Positions 30,087 to 42,517 of a stretch of DNA of 64,000 nucleotides are shown piece after piece. Origin of the DNA: Thermodesulfobacteriota bacterium. Lineage in GTDB: Bacteria > Desulfobacterota_D > UBA1144 > Nemesobacterales > Mycalebacteriaceae. Position 1 is the stretch's first letter. Each line of letters starts with the position of its first letter. The notes under the pieces were generated by a model, which saw only the letters and a list, made by a program, of their open reading frames with translations, did not search any database and was not told where the DNA came from. A program made the position numbers and the translations under genes. The DNA is taken from assembly GCA_965205855.1 (NCBI GenBank), contig OZ242184.1, positions 608,001 through 672,000 of the forward strand, written 5' to 3'.

Positions 30087-30890
30087 ATGAAAACAGTCCG
30101 CACAGCCGTTTTGATACTGATTTGCGCTTTGGCGTATTCATCTCCGTCCGCCGCCGGGGTTTGGAAACTCTGGCAAAAACACGGAGAAATGACAAGGGTT
30201 GTCTCCCATGAAAAATGGGGAGATTTTCTCTCCCGCTATCTTTCGGAAAAAGATGGTGTTGCGCTTTTTGACTATGGCGGTGTCTCATCAGAAGATAAAG
30301 CCGTTCTGGACAACTATGTCGCCGAACTCTCCGCCGCTCCGGTGCTTTCATTTTCCCGCGATGAGCAGTTTGTCTACTGGGTGAATCTCTACAACGCGTT
30401 GACCGTTCAACTTGTGCTGGACAACTATCCCGTGCCTTCCATAAAAAAAATATATACAAGACTTGTGTCCATCGGCCCGTGGTATAAAAAACTAACCGTT
30501 GTTGAGGGCGAGAAAATTTCCCTTAACGACATTGAACACCGCATCTTGCGCCCGATTTGGAAAGACCCGCGCGTGCATTACGCGATTAACTGCGCGTCCA
30601 TCGGCTGCCCGAATCTGACCACCGCATATACGGTGGAAAATGCGGAGGAACTTCTCCAAGACGCCGCCGTTGCCTATATAAATCATCCGCGTGGAGTGGA
30701 AGTGAAGGATGGAAAGTTGCGGGTTTCATCCATATTCAAATGGTTCAAAGAAGATTTCGGCACAAGCGACAAGGCGATTATCGCCCACATAAAGAAATAC
30801 GCCTCTCCCGAATTACACAAACAGTTGGAAGGAATTACCGAAATATCCGAAGACCGTTACGACTGGTCGCTGAATACAAAAAGGAAGTGA
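30087..30890 (+). CDS. Exported DUF547-domain protein
   Basis: Signal peptide; YWVNLYNA, SLNDIEH, DPRVHYAINCASIGCP, YDWSLN. Confidence 0.88.
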   Translation: MKTVRTAVLILICALAYSSPSAAGVWKLWQKHGEMTRVVSHEKWGDFLSRYLSEKDGVALFDYGGVSSEDKAVLDNYVAELSAAPVLSFSRDEQFVYWVNLYNALTVQLVLDNYPVPSIKKIYTRLVSIGPWYKKLTVVEGEKISLNDIEHRILRPIWKDPRVHYAINCASIGCPNLTTAYTVENAEELLQDAAVAYINHPRGVEVKDGKLRVSSIFKWFKEDFGTSDKAIIAHIKKYASPELHKQLEGITEISEDRYDWSLNTKRK

Positions 30891-30893
30891 GAA

Positions 30894-32018
30894 GTGATAA
30901 TTAAAAAATGGGGATTTTTTACGCAAACAGTTTTTATTTTTCTGATTTTCTTTTCTTTCTCCTCTGAAAGCCGGGCTGTTCTGCCCCGTGATGTCTGGCG
31001 CGGGGTCTGTCTTGCTCATTCATGGGAGCGGGGAGGCAAACTTGGCTACGGAAGCGAAGCGGGTTTTGAGGCGCTCATTCATCTAAAGAAACAGGGCGTT
31101 GACTATGTTTCCATTACGCCATTTGGATTTATGGAATCTCTTAATTCGTCCGAAGTGATTGGCACACATAACTCGTCTTTTAGGTTCATCGAAACCGATG
31201 AGCGCGTGACGCAGGCAACCGCTCAGGCAAAACGGCTTGGTATGCGCGTGATGCTAAAACCTCATATCTGGATTAAAGGCGGACAAACACGCGAGAAAAT
31301 CGCCCCCGAAGACGCCGACGGGAGAGCCGCTTGGGACAAATGGTGGAACAATCACAATGAGTGGATTGTGTACTACGCGAAACTCGCCGCAAAACTTGAC
31401 ATTGACAGTCTGGTTATCGGTGTGGAACTGCATTCCGCCTTGAAAAACCGTCCCGATAAGTTTATTGAACTTGCGGATGCTGTCCGGCGCGTTTACAAGG
31501 GGCATATCACTTACGCCACAAACTGGGACAAAATTGCTCCGCCCGAAGTGTGGAAAGCGGTGGACTCAATCGGCGTTCAGCTTTATCCCCCACTTATAAA
31601 AAAGGGCGGCAGACAGACCGATACCGCAATGCGCGAAAATCTGAACCGCCATCTCATGCGCTGGATTGAAATTGCGAACGGGTTTTCCAAACCGTTTGTG
31701 ATAACGGAGTTCGGCTTCCGTTCCGCGGACGGCGCGGCTTTTTATCCTTATGCGTGGCCCGACCGCAAAACTGATGAGGAACCGGATGAGGAATTACAGG
31801 CGCGCCTTTACACAATCTTTTTTGAAGAGATTTCAAAACGCGAAGAGGTGAAGGGAATGTTTCTCTGGAAATACTTTACAAACAAAGGTACCGATGAAGA
31901 GGGTCCGACCGGTTTTAGTCCCAGGGGGAAATTGGCGGAAAAGGTTATACGCAAATGGTATGGGGGAGTAGGGGACGGAGAGGAGAGGCGGTTTTGGAAA
32001 TTTTTGAGATTACGGTAA
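30894..32018 (+). CDS. Exported TIM-barrel glycoside hydrolase (GH113-like)
   Basis: VMLKPHIW, IGVEL, TYATNWD, VITEFGF. Confidence 0.78.
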   Translation: MIIKKWGFFTQTVFIFLIFFSFSSESRAVLPRDVWRGVCLAHSWERGGKLGYGSEAGFEALIHLKKQGVDYVSITPFGFMESLNSSEVIGTHNSSFRFIETDERVTQATAQAKRLGMRVMLKPHIWIKGGQTREKIAPEDADGRAAWDKWWNNHNEWIVYYAKLAAKLDIDSLVIGVELHSALKNRPDKFIELADAVRRVYKGHITYATNWDKIAPPEVWKAVDSIGVQLYPPLIKKGGRQTDTAMRENLNRHLMRWIEIANGFSKPFVITEFGFRSADGAAFYPYAWPDRKTDEEPDEELQARLYTIFFEEISKREEVKGMFLWKYFTNKGTDEEGPTGFSPRGKLAEKVIRKWYGGVGDGEERRFWKFLRLR

Positions 32019-32167
32019 CCGCCGTGTTGTGGAAATTAGTCTGGCGGTCATTTTGTTTGAACGGGTTATATAAACGCCCGCGAAGGTGAGTCCGTCCGGT
32101 TTGTTGAATTCTACACACGCTTTTCAGGCGCAAATTACAAGGAACTCAAAATCTTTTTCCACTTCTA

Positions 32168-32195
32168 TTGACACACCAAACAACCCTGATACACT
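32168..32195 (+). promoter_or_regulatory. Sigma70 rRNA-type promoter for the 23S gene
   Basis: TTGACA-16 bp-TACACT with extended -10 TG. Confidence 0.8.
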
Positions 32196-32228
32196 CCCTT
32201 TTCCTTCCGTGCCAAGCTGTGCGGGAGT

Positions 32229-32240
32229 TGTTCTTTGACA
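32229..32240 (+). promoter_or_regulatory. rrn boxA antitermination element
   Basis: TGTTCTTTGACA against the consensus TGCTCTTTAACA. Confidence 0.75.
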
Positions 32241-32307
32241 ACTGAATACATAGCTGAGCGAATAAGAAACAACGCGCCATCTTGTTTCGGGTGTTTTTAT
32301 GCCTCGT

Positions 32308-35328
<3,021 letters not shown>

Positions 35329-35566
35329 CGAGGCTTGAAAATATCCGAAAGGATGGACGTTGTTTCTTATTCGCTTATGTTGTGTGTTTTGGTTGTTTTT
35401 TGAAAGATAAGTAAATTTTCTTTTTATGAATTTTAACATTTTGACAGCGGACAATAAACTACCCCTTGCTGTTATTGCCAGTGCTCTTATATTGTCCATT
35501 GTTTTTTACGTCAGATAACCCGCTGATTGCCCTCTCTTTGATGAGTGCTATAATTTTGTCTCCGTA

Positions 35567-35932
35567 ATGAAACAATGGCTTAAAGATGTTCGGGGTGCGG
35601 CTCTTATCTGGATATCAGGAATTATCCTTATTCTGGTAAAAGATTTCTTTCCATTTTTTTATGAATTGGGCGTGGGGTTTTTCATCGCCTGGTTGCTTAA
35701 AAACAGACACTTTTCCGCTTCTCTGACAGCATTTGTGCTGTTGTTTGTCGTTCTGGTTGGTGTGTTTGCCGTTGATGTGTATTTCTCCGTTGACTCTGTT
35801 GAAACATCGCGGGAATTTCAGTCAATGCTGATGGAAAGGTTGTCCGCTCAGGCGACCGGCTCTCTCGGTGTGCTTTTGGCAAGTGTGATTGTGGCTTCGC
35901 TTCTCCTGCGGAGATTTTTCCACAAAATATAA
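35567..35932 (+). CDS. Hypothetical membrane protein (about 4 TM)
   Basis: Hydrophobic ORF downstream of a TGCTATAAT box. Confidence 0.6.
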   Translation: MKQWLKDVRGAALIWISGIILILVKDFFPFFYELGVGFFIAWLLKNRHFSASLTAFVLLFVVLVGVFAVDVYFSVDSVETSREFQSMLMERLSAQATGSLGVLLASVIVASLLLRRFFHKI

Positions 35933-36015
35933 CGCTTGTACATCTGATATCCGTACCTGCTGTCAAGCTATGATTTCGTGACAACCTTCCGTATTTTGTG
36001 TATAATCTGATACAA

Positions 36016-36792
36016 ATGAAGAGATTATCCCCTTTCATTATTTTCGCTTTGTTTCTCCTGACATTTCCCGCACCTGCTTTTGCGGGCACTTGCAAATCGG
36101 GAGATTCAGATTTCAGAAACTGGGAAATTTCCACGGGTTTTTCCTTTGCGGGCGCGCGAGGCAATACGGATAAAACCAATATTGGAGCCCGGCTTTGTTA
36201 TGAATTTGATGATACGAAACACAGGTTGACAAGCAGAAGCAAATACCACTTCGGCAAGGTGGACGGGACAACCAATGAAGACTTCTGGGATTCCACTCTG
36301 TTCTACCTGCGCCGGATTTACAACAGCGGTTACACAAATAAAATGTATGGCAATACATCGGTATTTTTAAGTCTCGGTTCTTTTGTGGAAAAAGATGAAA
36401 TTCAACAAATATCTTTAAAATACGGCTTTGGAGGCGGTTTTGCCACGGATTCTATTTTGTCTTTGCTCGTTGTTAAAACAAGTGCTGGTGTTTTCTGGGA
36501 AAGAGAGGACGGAGTTTCCACTCCCACGGAGGATTTTATTTTACTCCGTCTCGGGTTACGGCTTGAAAAGGACATAGAAAATCTAAAAGCGTCCGCCGGC
36601 ACAGTCTTTCTTTTCCCATTTAATGAAACCGACAATTTTCGCAGCGAGTCCGAATTCTTGCTGGAGGTTCCTCTCTATAGAAGCTTCTCATTAAGACTCT
36701 CCGTCAATGTGGATTATGATAATCAGCCGATAGACGAGTCTGTCAAAAAGACAGATTTCAGATACATAACATCTTTGAATTTTGCTTTTTGA
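36016..36792 (+). CDS. DUF481/YdiY-like outer-membrane beta-barrel
   Basis: Signal peptide, RGNTD, DYDNQP...KKTD, terminal Phe. Confidence 0.8.
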   Translation: MKRLSPFIIFALFLLTFPAPAFAGTCKSGDSDFRNWEISTGFSFAGARGNTDKTNIGARLCYEFDDTKHRLTSRSKYHFGKVDGTTNEDFWDSTLFYLRRIYNSGYTNKMYGNTSVFLSLGSFVEKDEIQQISLKYGFGGGFATDSILSLLVVKTSAGVFWEREDGVSTPTEDFILLRLGLRLEKDIENLKASAGTVFLFPFNETDNFRSESEFLLEVPLYRSFSLRLSVNVDYDNQPIDESVKKTDFRYITSLNFAF

Positions 36793-37064
36793 TTTCCGTT
36801 CTGTGCCGATTAAAAATACCGCGACATATTTTTTTGATTTATGTTAGAGTTGAACCTGAGTTCTCAAGTTGATTTTCAAGTTTGAGAACTTACGGGAAGG
36901 GCTCCATAGATGAAAAATCAGTTTCGCTGAGTTTTAAGTATTATCCGAACTGATTTTTGTTTTGCGAAAACGCCAGTCTTACAGGTTGCAATACGGCATT
37001 TTCAATAAGTGAGGTTTGAACAAATGAAAAAATTTGAAATACTTTTTCAAAAGGTGCTAATAAT

Positions 37065-37604
37065 TTGAAAAATGCCGTTCTGATTTTCATAGCTTTAATT
37101 CTTGTCGCAGGTGCATACTTGGTTGTGAAAAAGCCTCAAGTTGAGATTCACATAACCGCCGCGCAGATTCAAAAGCAGTTGGAAAAGGCATTTCCCTATG
37201 AAAAAAGCCAGTATCTTATCGTAAAAACAGTTTTTTCAAATCCGCTCGTGCGGCTTGAAAACGGCAATAATCGCATGGGAGTCAGTTTCAACCTCTCCGT
37301 TTTTCTTACCGGAGTGGAAACCCTGAAAAGCGTTGTTTATGCTGATGCGGAAATTCAATATGACTCCGATTCAAAAAGTGTGTTCCTTACAAACCCCGAC
37401 CTTAAAGAGTTTGAAATTGAAGGGCTTCCAAGCGGCACCGGAGTGATTGTGCGTGATATAGTCGGGCAGGCGGTGCTGGAAATTCTTACTCTCCGTCCCG
37501 TTTACCAAATTAAACCGACTGATGTCAAAACAAAACTCGCGGGCGCGCTTTTGAAAGATATAAAAGTCAAAGACGGCGCTTTGACGATTGTTCTGGGCAT
37601 TTGA
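37065..37604 (+). CDS. DUF1439 (YceB-like) protein
   Basis: IQKQLEKAFP, PVYQI, DIKVKDGALTI; N-terminal anchor. Confidence 0.7.
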   Translation: MKNAVLIFIALILVAGAYLVVKKPQVEIHITAAQIQKQLEKAFPYEKSQYLIVKTVFSNPLVRLENGNNRMGVSFNLSVFLTGVETLKSVVYADAEIQYDSDSKSVFLTNPDLKEFEIEGLPSGTGVIVRDIVGQAVLEILTLRPVYQIKPTDVKTKLAGALLKDIKVKDGALTIVLGI

Positions 37605-37610
37605 TTTGCC

Positions 37611-38729
37611 CTATGCTTTCGCCTGATAAAATCCGCCTTCAATTTTTTCGGCAAGTCCTTCCATTTCAAGTTCAAACATCACTATTGACAAAGAGGGAAC
37701 CGATTCTCCCAACTTTTCGGCTATTTCATCAATGTGAAGCGGCTGCTGCCGGATTAGGGAAAGCAGATTTTTCCGGTCTTCGGGCAATTTCGCGAGTTTG
37801 TCCGTAATCGCTTTTCGCTCGTCTTTCCCGCCTGTGTTTCGCAGACTTTTCATCGCAGGAATCTCTTCGGCTATGTCGTCCGCGCTTTCGGTGAGTTTCG
37901 CCCTTCCGCGTTTGATAAGGTAGTTTGTTCCCGCGCTTGAGTTCTCTCCTATTCTTCCCGGTACGGCAAAAACCTTCCTGTTCTGTTCAAGGGCAAGAGA
38001 TGCGGTTATGAGCGCGCCGCTTTTTCTTGCCGCCTGCACAACCACGGTGCCGAGAGAAAGCCCGCTTATGACTGAATTGCGCTCGGGAAAGTTGTTTTTG
38101 TCGGGTTTTGTGCCAAGCGCAAAGGCGGAGACAACAGCGCCGTTGTCCGCGATATTTTTATAGAGCTCATGATTCTCAGGCGGATATATCACATCGAGTC
38201 CGGTTCCAAGAACCGCGACCGTGCGTCCGTCCGCGGAAATCGCCGCCTTGTGCGCGGCGGAGTCAATTCCCCTCGCCATTCCGCTTACAACGCAGACGCC
38301 TTTCTCCGCGAGTTTACGGGAGAGAGATTGCGCCGTATCGGTTCCATATTTACTCGAGTAACGAGAGCCAACCACCGCGACGGAAAGGCTATCCCGCTCC
38401 TTTATTTCGCCGAACACATAAAGAACGGGCGGGGCGGAGTGTATTTCCTTTAGGTTCGCGGGATAGTCCTTGTCTGTGAGGGTTAAAATTCCAAAGCCGA
38501 GTTCGTGCGCTCTGGAAACCTCTTTCTCCGCATTTTTCCAGCCGGAAAAGTTTTTGACAAGGTTTTCCGTCTCCGCGCCTATTCCGTCAATTTGCGCGAG
38601 GGCGCCAGCGGTTTTCGCTGCCTCAAACACCTTCTCCGCCGAACCGCAGTCGTCAACCAGACGGCGTATGAGAACATTGCCGAGCCCTTTCACGAGTGTG
38701 AGGGCGATGAAACAGGTTTTTTCGTCCAT
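37611..38729 (-). CDS. dprA: DNA-processing protein DprA
   Basis: AVVGSR, VSGMARGID, FPERN, SGALIT, C-terminal winged helix. Confidence 0.96.
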   Translation of the reverse strand: MDEKTCFIALTLVKGLGNVLIRRLVDDCGSAEKVFEAAKTAGALAQIDGIGAETENLVKNFSGWKNAEKEVSRAHELGFGILTLTDKDYPANLKEIHSAPPVLYVFGEIKERDSLSVAVVGSRYSSKYGTDTAQSLSRKLAEKGVCVVSGMARGIDSAAHKAAISADGRTVAVLGTGLDVIYPPENHELYKNIADNGAVVSAFALGTKPDKNNFPERNSVISGLSLGTVVVQAARKSGALITASLALEQNRKVFAVPGRIGENSSAGTNYLIKRGRAKLTESADDIAEEIPAMKSLRNTGGKDERKAITDKLAKLPEDRKNLLSLIRQQPLHIDEIAEKLGESVPSLSIVMFELEMEGLAEKIEGGFYQAKA

Positions 38730-38773
38730 TGTGATGAAGCCGATATAATAACCGAAAAGATAAGGAGCGAAGA

Positions 38774-40117
38774 ATGGACGTAATTACCATAGTTACCTTG
38801 ATTATCGCGGCGGTTGCCGGATTTGCGGCATACAGAAAAAACGCCGAGAGGTCAGCGGTTGCCGAAAAGAATCAGATTCTTGAGAGTGAACTTGAGAGGC
38901 GGGACGAACGGATAGGTGAGCTTGAAAGAGTGGAGAAGCAGGCAGAGGCGGACAGAATTAAAATTGTCGAACTTGAAACTGAAATCAGAATGGAACGCGA
39001 AAGTCATGATAGGGAAACCAAAACCCTCAAAGACTCCGAACAGAGGCTCGTAAGAGATTTTGAGAATATCAGCAACAGGATATTTGATGACAAAAGCGAG
39101 AAGTTTGAGAAACGAAACAAAGAAGGTCTTGAAAACATTCTGAGTCCTCTGAAGGAAGACATAAAAGAGTTCAAGGATAAATTTGCCAAGACTGACATAG
39201 GGTTTGCGGGGAAATTCGGGGAATTGAAAAATCAGATTGAGCAGTTCAGCAAACTGAATGAGACGATTGGAACCGAAGCGCAGAATCTGACAAAAGCCCT
39301 GAAGGGCGATTCCAAACAGCAGGGTAACTGGGGCGAGTTTGTGCTTGAAAAAACGCTTGAAATGTCAGGACTGCGCAAGGGGCGGGAGTATGAAGTGCAG
39401 CAGTCGATTTTCAAAGAAGACGGCGGAAGGAGTATTCTTGATGTGATTGTTCACCTGCCGGACGGCAAAGATATTGTGATTGATTCAAAGGTTTCCCTTG
39501 ATGCCTACACTGACTATTGTTCGTCTGAAAACGAAGAGAAGAGGGCGGTTTCCCTGAAAAAACACAAAGACTCCGTTGAAAGTCACATAAAGGAACTGAG
39601 CGGAAAAAACTACCAGAACCTGCCGGGTGTTAGCACTCTCAATTTTGTTCTGTTGTTTGTTCCCGTTGAGCCGGCTTATATTCTCACGGTCAACGAGGCG
39701 GAAAACATATTCAAGAAGGCGCTTGATAAGAATGTTGTGCTTGTCTGTCCGTCAACTTTATTTGCGGTTTTGCGAACCGTTCACAGTTTGTGGCAGATGG
39801 AAGACCGGAACCTGAACGCGCAGGAAATTGCCGAAGGAGCCGGAAAGCTTTACGATAAATTTGCGGGTTTTGTGGATCAAATGGAAAAAATAGACAAACA
39901 ACTGGGAACTGTCAGAGGCAGTTTTGACGCCGCCTATAACTCGCTTTCAAAGGGCAAAGGAAACGTTGTCGGCAGAGCTGAGAAAATGAAACAACTCGGC
40001 GCCAAAACATCAAAAGCGCTTCCCGCTTCGCTTGTTAAGAAATCCGATGGCGATAACGGAGACGGGCAAGACGGGCAAAAGGAAAAGGAGGTTTTACAAG
40101 TCTCAAATGAACAATAA
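38774..40117 (+). CDS. rmuC: DNA recombination protein RmuC
   Basis: Coiled coil, GNWGE, IDSKVSL, LFVPVE, LYDKF. Confidence 0.95.
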   Translation: MDVITIVTLIIAAVAGFAAYRKNAERSAVAEKNQILESELERRDERIGELERVEKQAEADRIKIVELETEIRMERESHDRETKTLKDSEQRLVRDFENISNRIFDDKSEKFEKRNKEGLENILSPLKEDIKEFKDKFAKTDIGFAGKFGELKNQIEQFSKLNETIGTEAQNLTKALKGDSKQQGNWGEFVLEKTLEMSGLRKGREYEVQQSIFKEDGGRSILDVIVHLPDGKDIVIDSKVSLDAYTDYCSSENEEKRAVSLKKHKDSVESHIKELSGKNYQNLPGVSTLNFVLLFVPVEPAYILTVNEAENIFKKALDKNVVLVCPSTLFAVLRTVHSLWQMEDRNLNAQEIAEGAGKLYDKFAGFVDQMEKIDKQLGTVRGSFDAAYNSLSKGKGNVVGRAEKMKQLGAKTSKALPASLVKKSDGDNGDGQDGQKEKEVLQVSNEQ

Positions 40118-40295
40118 AAACGAAAGGTTCTCGTTTCTGTTTTATCTTGCCGACCGTGTCGCAGGTCCGCTTATGACTGCCACCCTTGTCGGCTGTCTGA
40201 TCGCGGGAAGATTGGAGACAAGCCATATGGTTCTTTTTTCAATTGGGTTTGGCCTTTTTGTCTTCTCATATTTTCACGCTATTAAAAGCCGCTAA
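40107..40295 (+). CDS. Small two-TM hypothetical protein
   Basis: 62-aa hydrophobic ORF overlapping the rmuC end and filling the gap to the next gene. Confidence 0.5.
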   Translation: MNNKNERFSFLFYLADRVAGPLMTATLVGCLIAGRLETSHMVLFSIGFGLFVFSYFHAIKSR

Positions 40296-40906
40296 AATAT
40301 CCCGAACCGTTTTGTTCTAAGTTTGTTTTGACAACGGCTTAACTGTCGCCCGTAGGATTTATTGGCTTCCTCAACTTTCCGGGCGACTTTAAGCAGCCAT
40401 TGTTTTTCCCGATACCTGCCTTTGCGGTATCCCGCCCATCCCTCATGGTAGGCGAGATAAAGGTTGTAGGAGTCATTCTTTTTTATTCCGAAAAGCCGCA
40501 TGCTTTTGTTGTTATACCAGCCGATGAAATCGGTCGCATCCTTGAAGTCCGACCGCCGCGTTAAAAACGAGCCTTTTCCGTTCTCTTTCAGATATTGATT
40601 CCATGTTTTGTTGACTGCCTGAGCGTATCCCGAAGCCGATGAAACACGTTTCCATGGAATTATCCACAGGATTTTTTTTCTCGGATGTTTTGCCCCTTTT
40701 CTGAATGAGGATTCCTGCCTGATAAACGCGAGCATTACCGGTATTGGAACTCCCCATTTTTTCTCCGCCCGGAGCAAATCGCCATACCAACCGCGTTTTT
40801 TGATGAGAATGGAGCAGGAGTCATTCATATCAGACGGAGTATACGCGCCGACACATCCGGTCAGAAGAAGCGTGGCGATTAAAAAAATGCGCGTTATTTT
40901 CCCCAT
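40292..40906 (-). CDS. SLT-type lytic-transglycosylase-like lipoprotein
   Basis: Lipobox LTGC; IRQESSF, SASGYAQA, YLAYHEG. Confidence 0.82.
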   Translation of the reverse strand: MGKITRIFLIATLLLTGCVGAYTPSDMNDSCSILIKKRGWYGDLLRAEKKWGVPIPVMLAFIRQESSFRKGAKHPRKKILWIIPWKRVSSASGYAQAVNKTWNQYLKENGKGSFLTRRSDFKDATDFIGWYNNKSMRLFGIKKNDSYNLYLAYHEGWAGYRKGRYREKQWLLKVARKVEEANKSYGRQLSRCQNKLRTKRFGIF

Positions 40907-42450
40907 CCGCCACCTCCCGGAGTCTCTATTCTGAGAATGTCCCCTTCCTCTGCTTCAAAACTCTGTTTTCCCGAGAGTTCCGTTTTCTCTCCGTTCCGTA
41001 TAAGGAAATTTTTTCCGCTTTTTCCGTCTTTTCCTCCATGGGCTCCCCACGGGCGGTATTTTCTCCTTTCCGTAATAACGGACACGGTTGCCGGCTCTAT
41101 GAACCTGTATTCCCTCACAATGCCGTCCCCGCCTTTGAATTTTCCTTTTCCTCCGGATTCTTTACGGATGGAGTAGGACTCAATACGCACCGGAAACTCC
41201 CTTTCAGTCGCTTCTATCGGGGTGTTGAGAGTGTTTGTCATATGCGTCTGTACAGCGGAGACGCCTCCGGCTCCGTTTCTTCCTCCCATTCCTCCGCCTA
41301 TCGTTTCGTAGGATACAAACTCCCGCCCATCGCTTCTTGTGGCGCCGAAGGTTATATTGTTCATGGTTCCCGAACTTGCCGCCTGTATCTTTTCCGGAAC
41401 CGCTTTTGAGAGCGCGCCAAAAACCGCATCCACAACGCGTTGAGAGGTTTCCACATTGCCTCCGGCTACCGCGCTCGGATACCGCGCGTTCAGTATGGAA
41501 TTTTCATCCGTAACAATCTCAATGGCGCGTAGCGGTCCCGAATTGAGAGGAATATCTTCCGGGGCAAGACATTGGAAGACATACAAAACGGCTGACACTG
41601 TCACGCTGAAAGGCGCGTTGAGGCATCCTTTGACCGGGGGCGAACTTCCTGAAAAATCCGCGTAGACAGAGCCGCCGGATATCCTCAAAAGAACCTTTAT
41701 CGGTATCTCGGTTGTTCCCGCTCCGTCATCGTCGAGAAAATCGGTAAAGCCATATTCGCCGTCCGGAATTTCCCTTATGACCTCCCGCATCATTTTTTCG
41801 CCGTAGTCAAGAAGCCGCCCGGATGCGTCGCTGATTTTTTCAACCGAGTATTTTTCAACCGTCTCAAGAAGTCTTTTCTTTCCGGTCTCAAGGGCGGCAA
41901 TCTGCGCTCTGAGGTCTCCGAGCCGCTCTTCGGGGTTTCTCATTCCCGCTGTGATTTTCCGCATAAGCGGTTCGTCCGCCTTTCCGTTTTTCGCAATCAA
42001 AGTTGGTGGGATGATAATTCCCTCTTCATCTATGGAGGTAGAAAGAGGCATTGAGCCGGGCGTTTTTCCTCCGACATCGGCGTGGTGCGCGCGTGCGGCG
42101 ATATAAAAAATCAGTCGCCCGTTTGAAAAAACCGGAATGATGCAAGTTATGTCCGGCAGGTGTGTTCCTCCCTTGAACGGGTCGTTCAGTATATAAGCGT
42201 CTCCGTCTGAAACCTCGTGTCCCTCAATAACTGCGGCAACTGAAAATGACATTGAGCCGAGATGAACGGGAATGTGCGCTGCCTGCGCTATCATTTCTCC
42301 GTTTGGGTTGAAAATCGCGCATGAGTGGTCGCGTCTTTCCTTGATGTTTGGTGAGAGGGACGAGCGTGTCAGGCACTCTCCCATCTCTTCGGCAATTCCG
42401 GCGAGGATGTTGTTGAAAATGTCCAGTTCAAACTGATTGAAGGACGGCAT
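40894..42450 (-). CDS. Hydantoinase B / oxoprolinase family protein
   Basis: SPNIKERRDHSCA, HIPVHLG, NDPFKGGTHLPD, RAHHADVGG, TPGGGGWG. Confidence 0.93.
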   Translation of the reverse strand: MPSFNQFELDIFNNILAGIAEEMGECLTRSSLSPNIKERRDHSCAIFNPNGEMIAQAAHIPVHLGSMSFSVAAVIEGHEVSDGDAYILNDPFKGGTHLPDITCIIPVFSNGRLIFYIAARAHHADVGGKTPGSMPLSTSIDEEGIIIPPTLIAKNGKADEPLMRKITAGMRNPEERLGDLRAQIAALETGKKRLLETVEKYSVEKISDASGRLLDYGEKMMREVIREIPDGEYGFTDFLDDDGAGTTEIPIKVLLRISGGSVYADFSGSSPPVKGCLNAPFSVTVSAVLYVFQCLAPEDIPLNSGPLRAIEIVTDENSILNARYPSAVAGGNVETSQRVVDAVFGALSKAVPEKIQAASSGTMNNITFGATRSDGREFVSYETIGGGMGGRNGAGGVSAVQTHMTNTLNTPIEATEREFPVRIESYSIRKESGGKGKFKGGDGIVREYRFIEPATVSVITERRKYRPWGAHGGKDGKSGKNFLIRNGEKTELSGKQSFEAEEGDILRIETPGGGGWGK

Positions 42451-42517
42451 TGGGCTTATTCTAACGCAAAGTTGCGCAATTTTTCTATTGTGTATCAAAA
42501 ATGGTTAAAATCAAATT

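Noticed and set aside
36900-36985. ZTP riboswitch (minus-strand GACTGGCG...GGAG) or hammerhead ribozyme
   Set aside because: There is no P1 pairing or CGCCTGG 3' hairpin for ZTP, and the hammerhead core CTGATGA is absent; kept only as an unassigned structured candidate.
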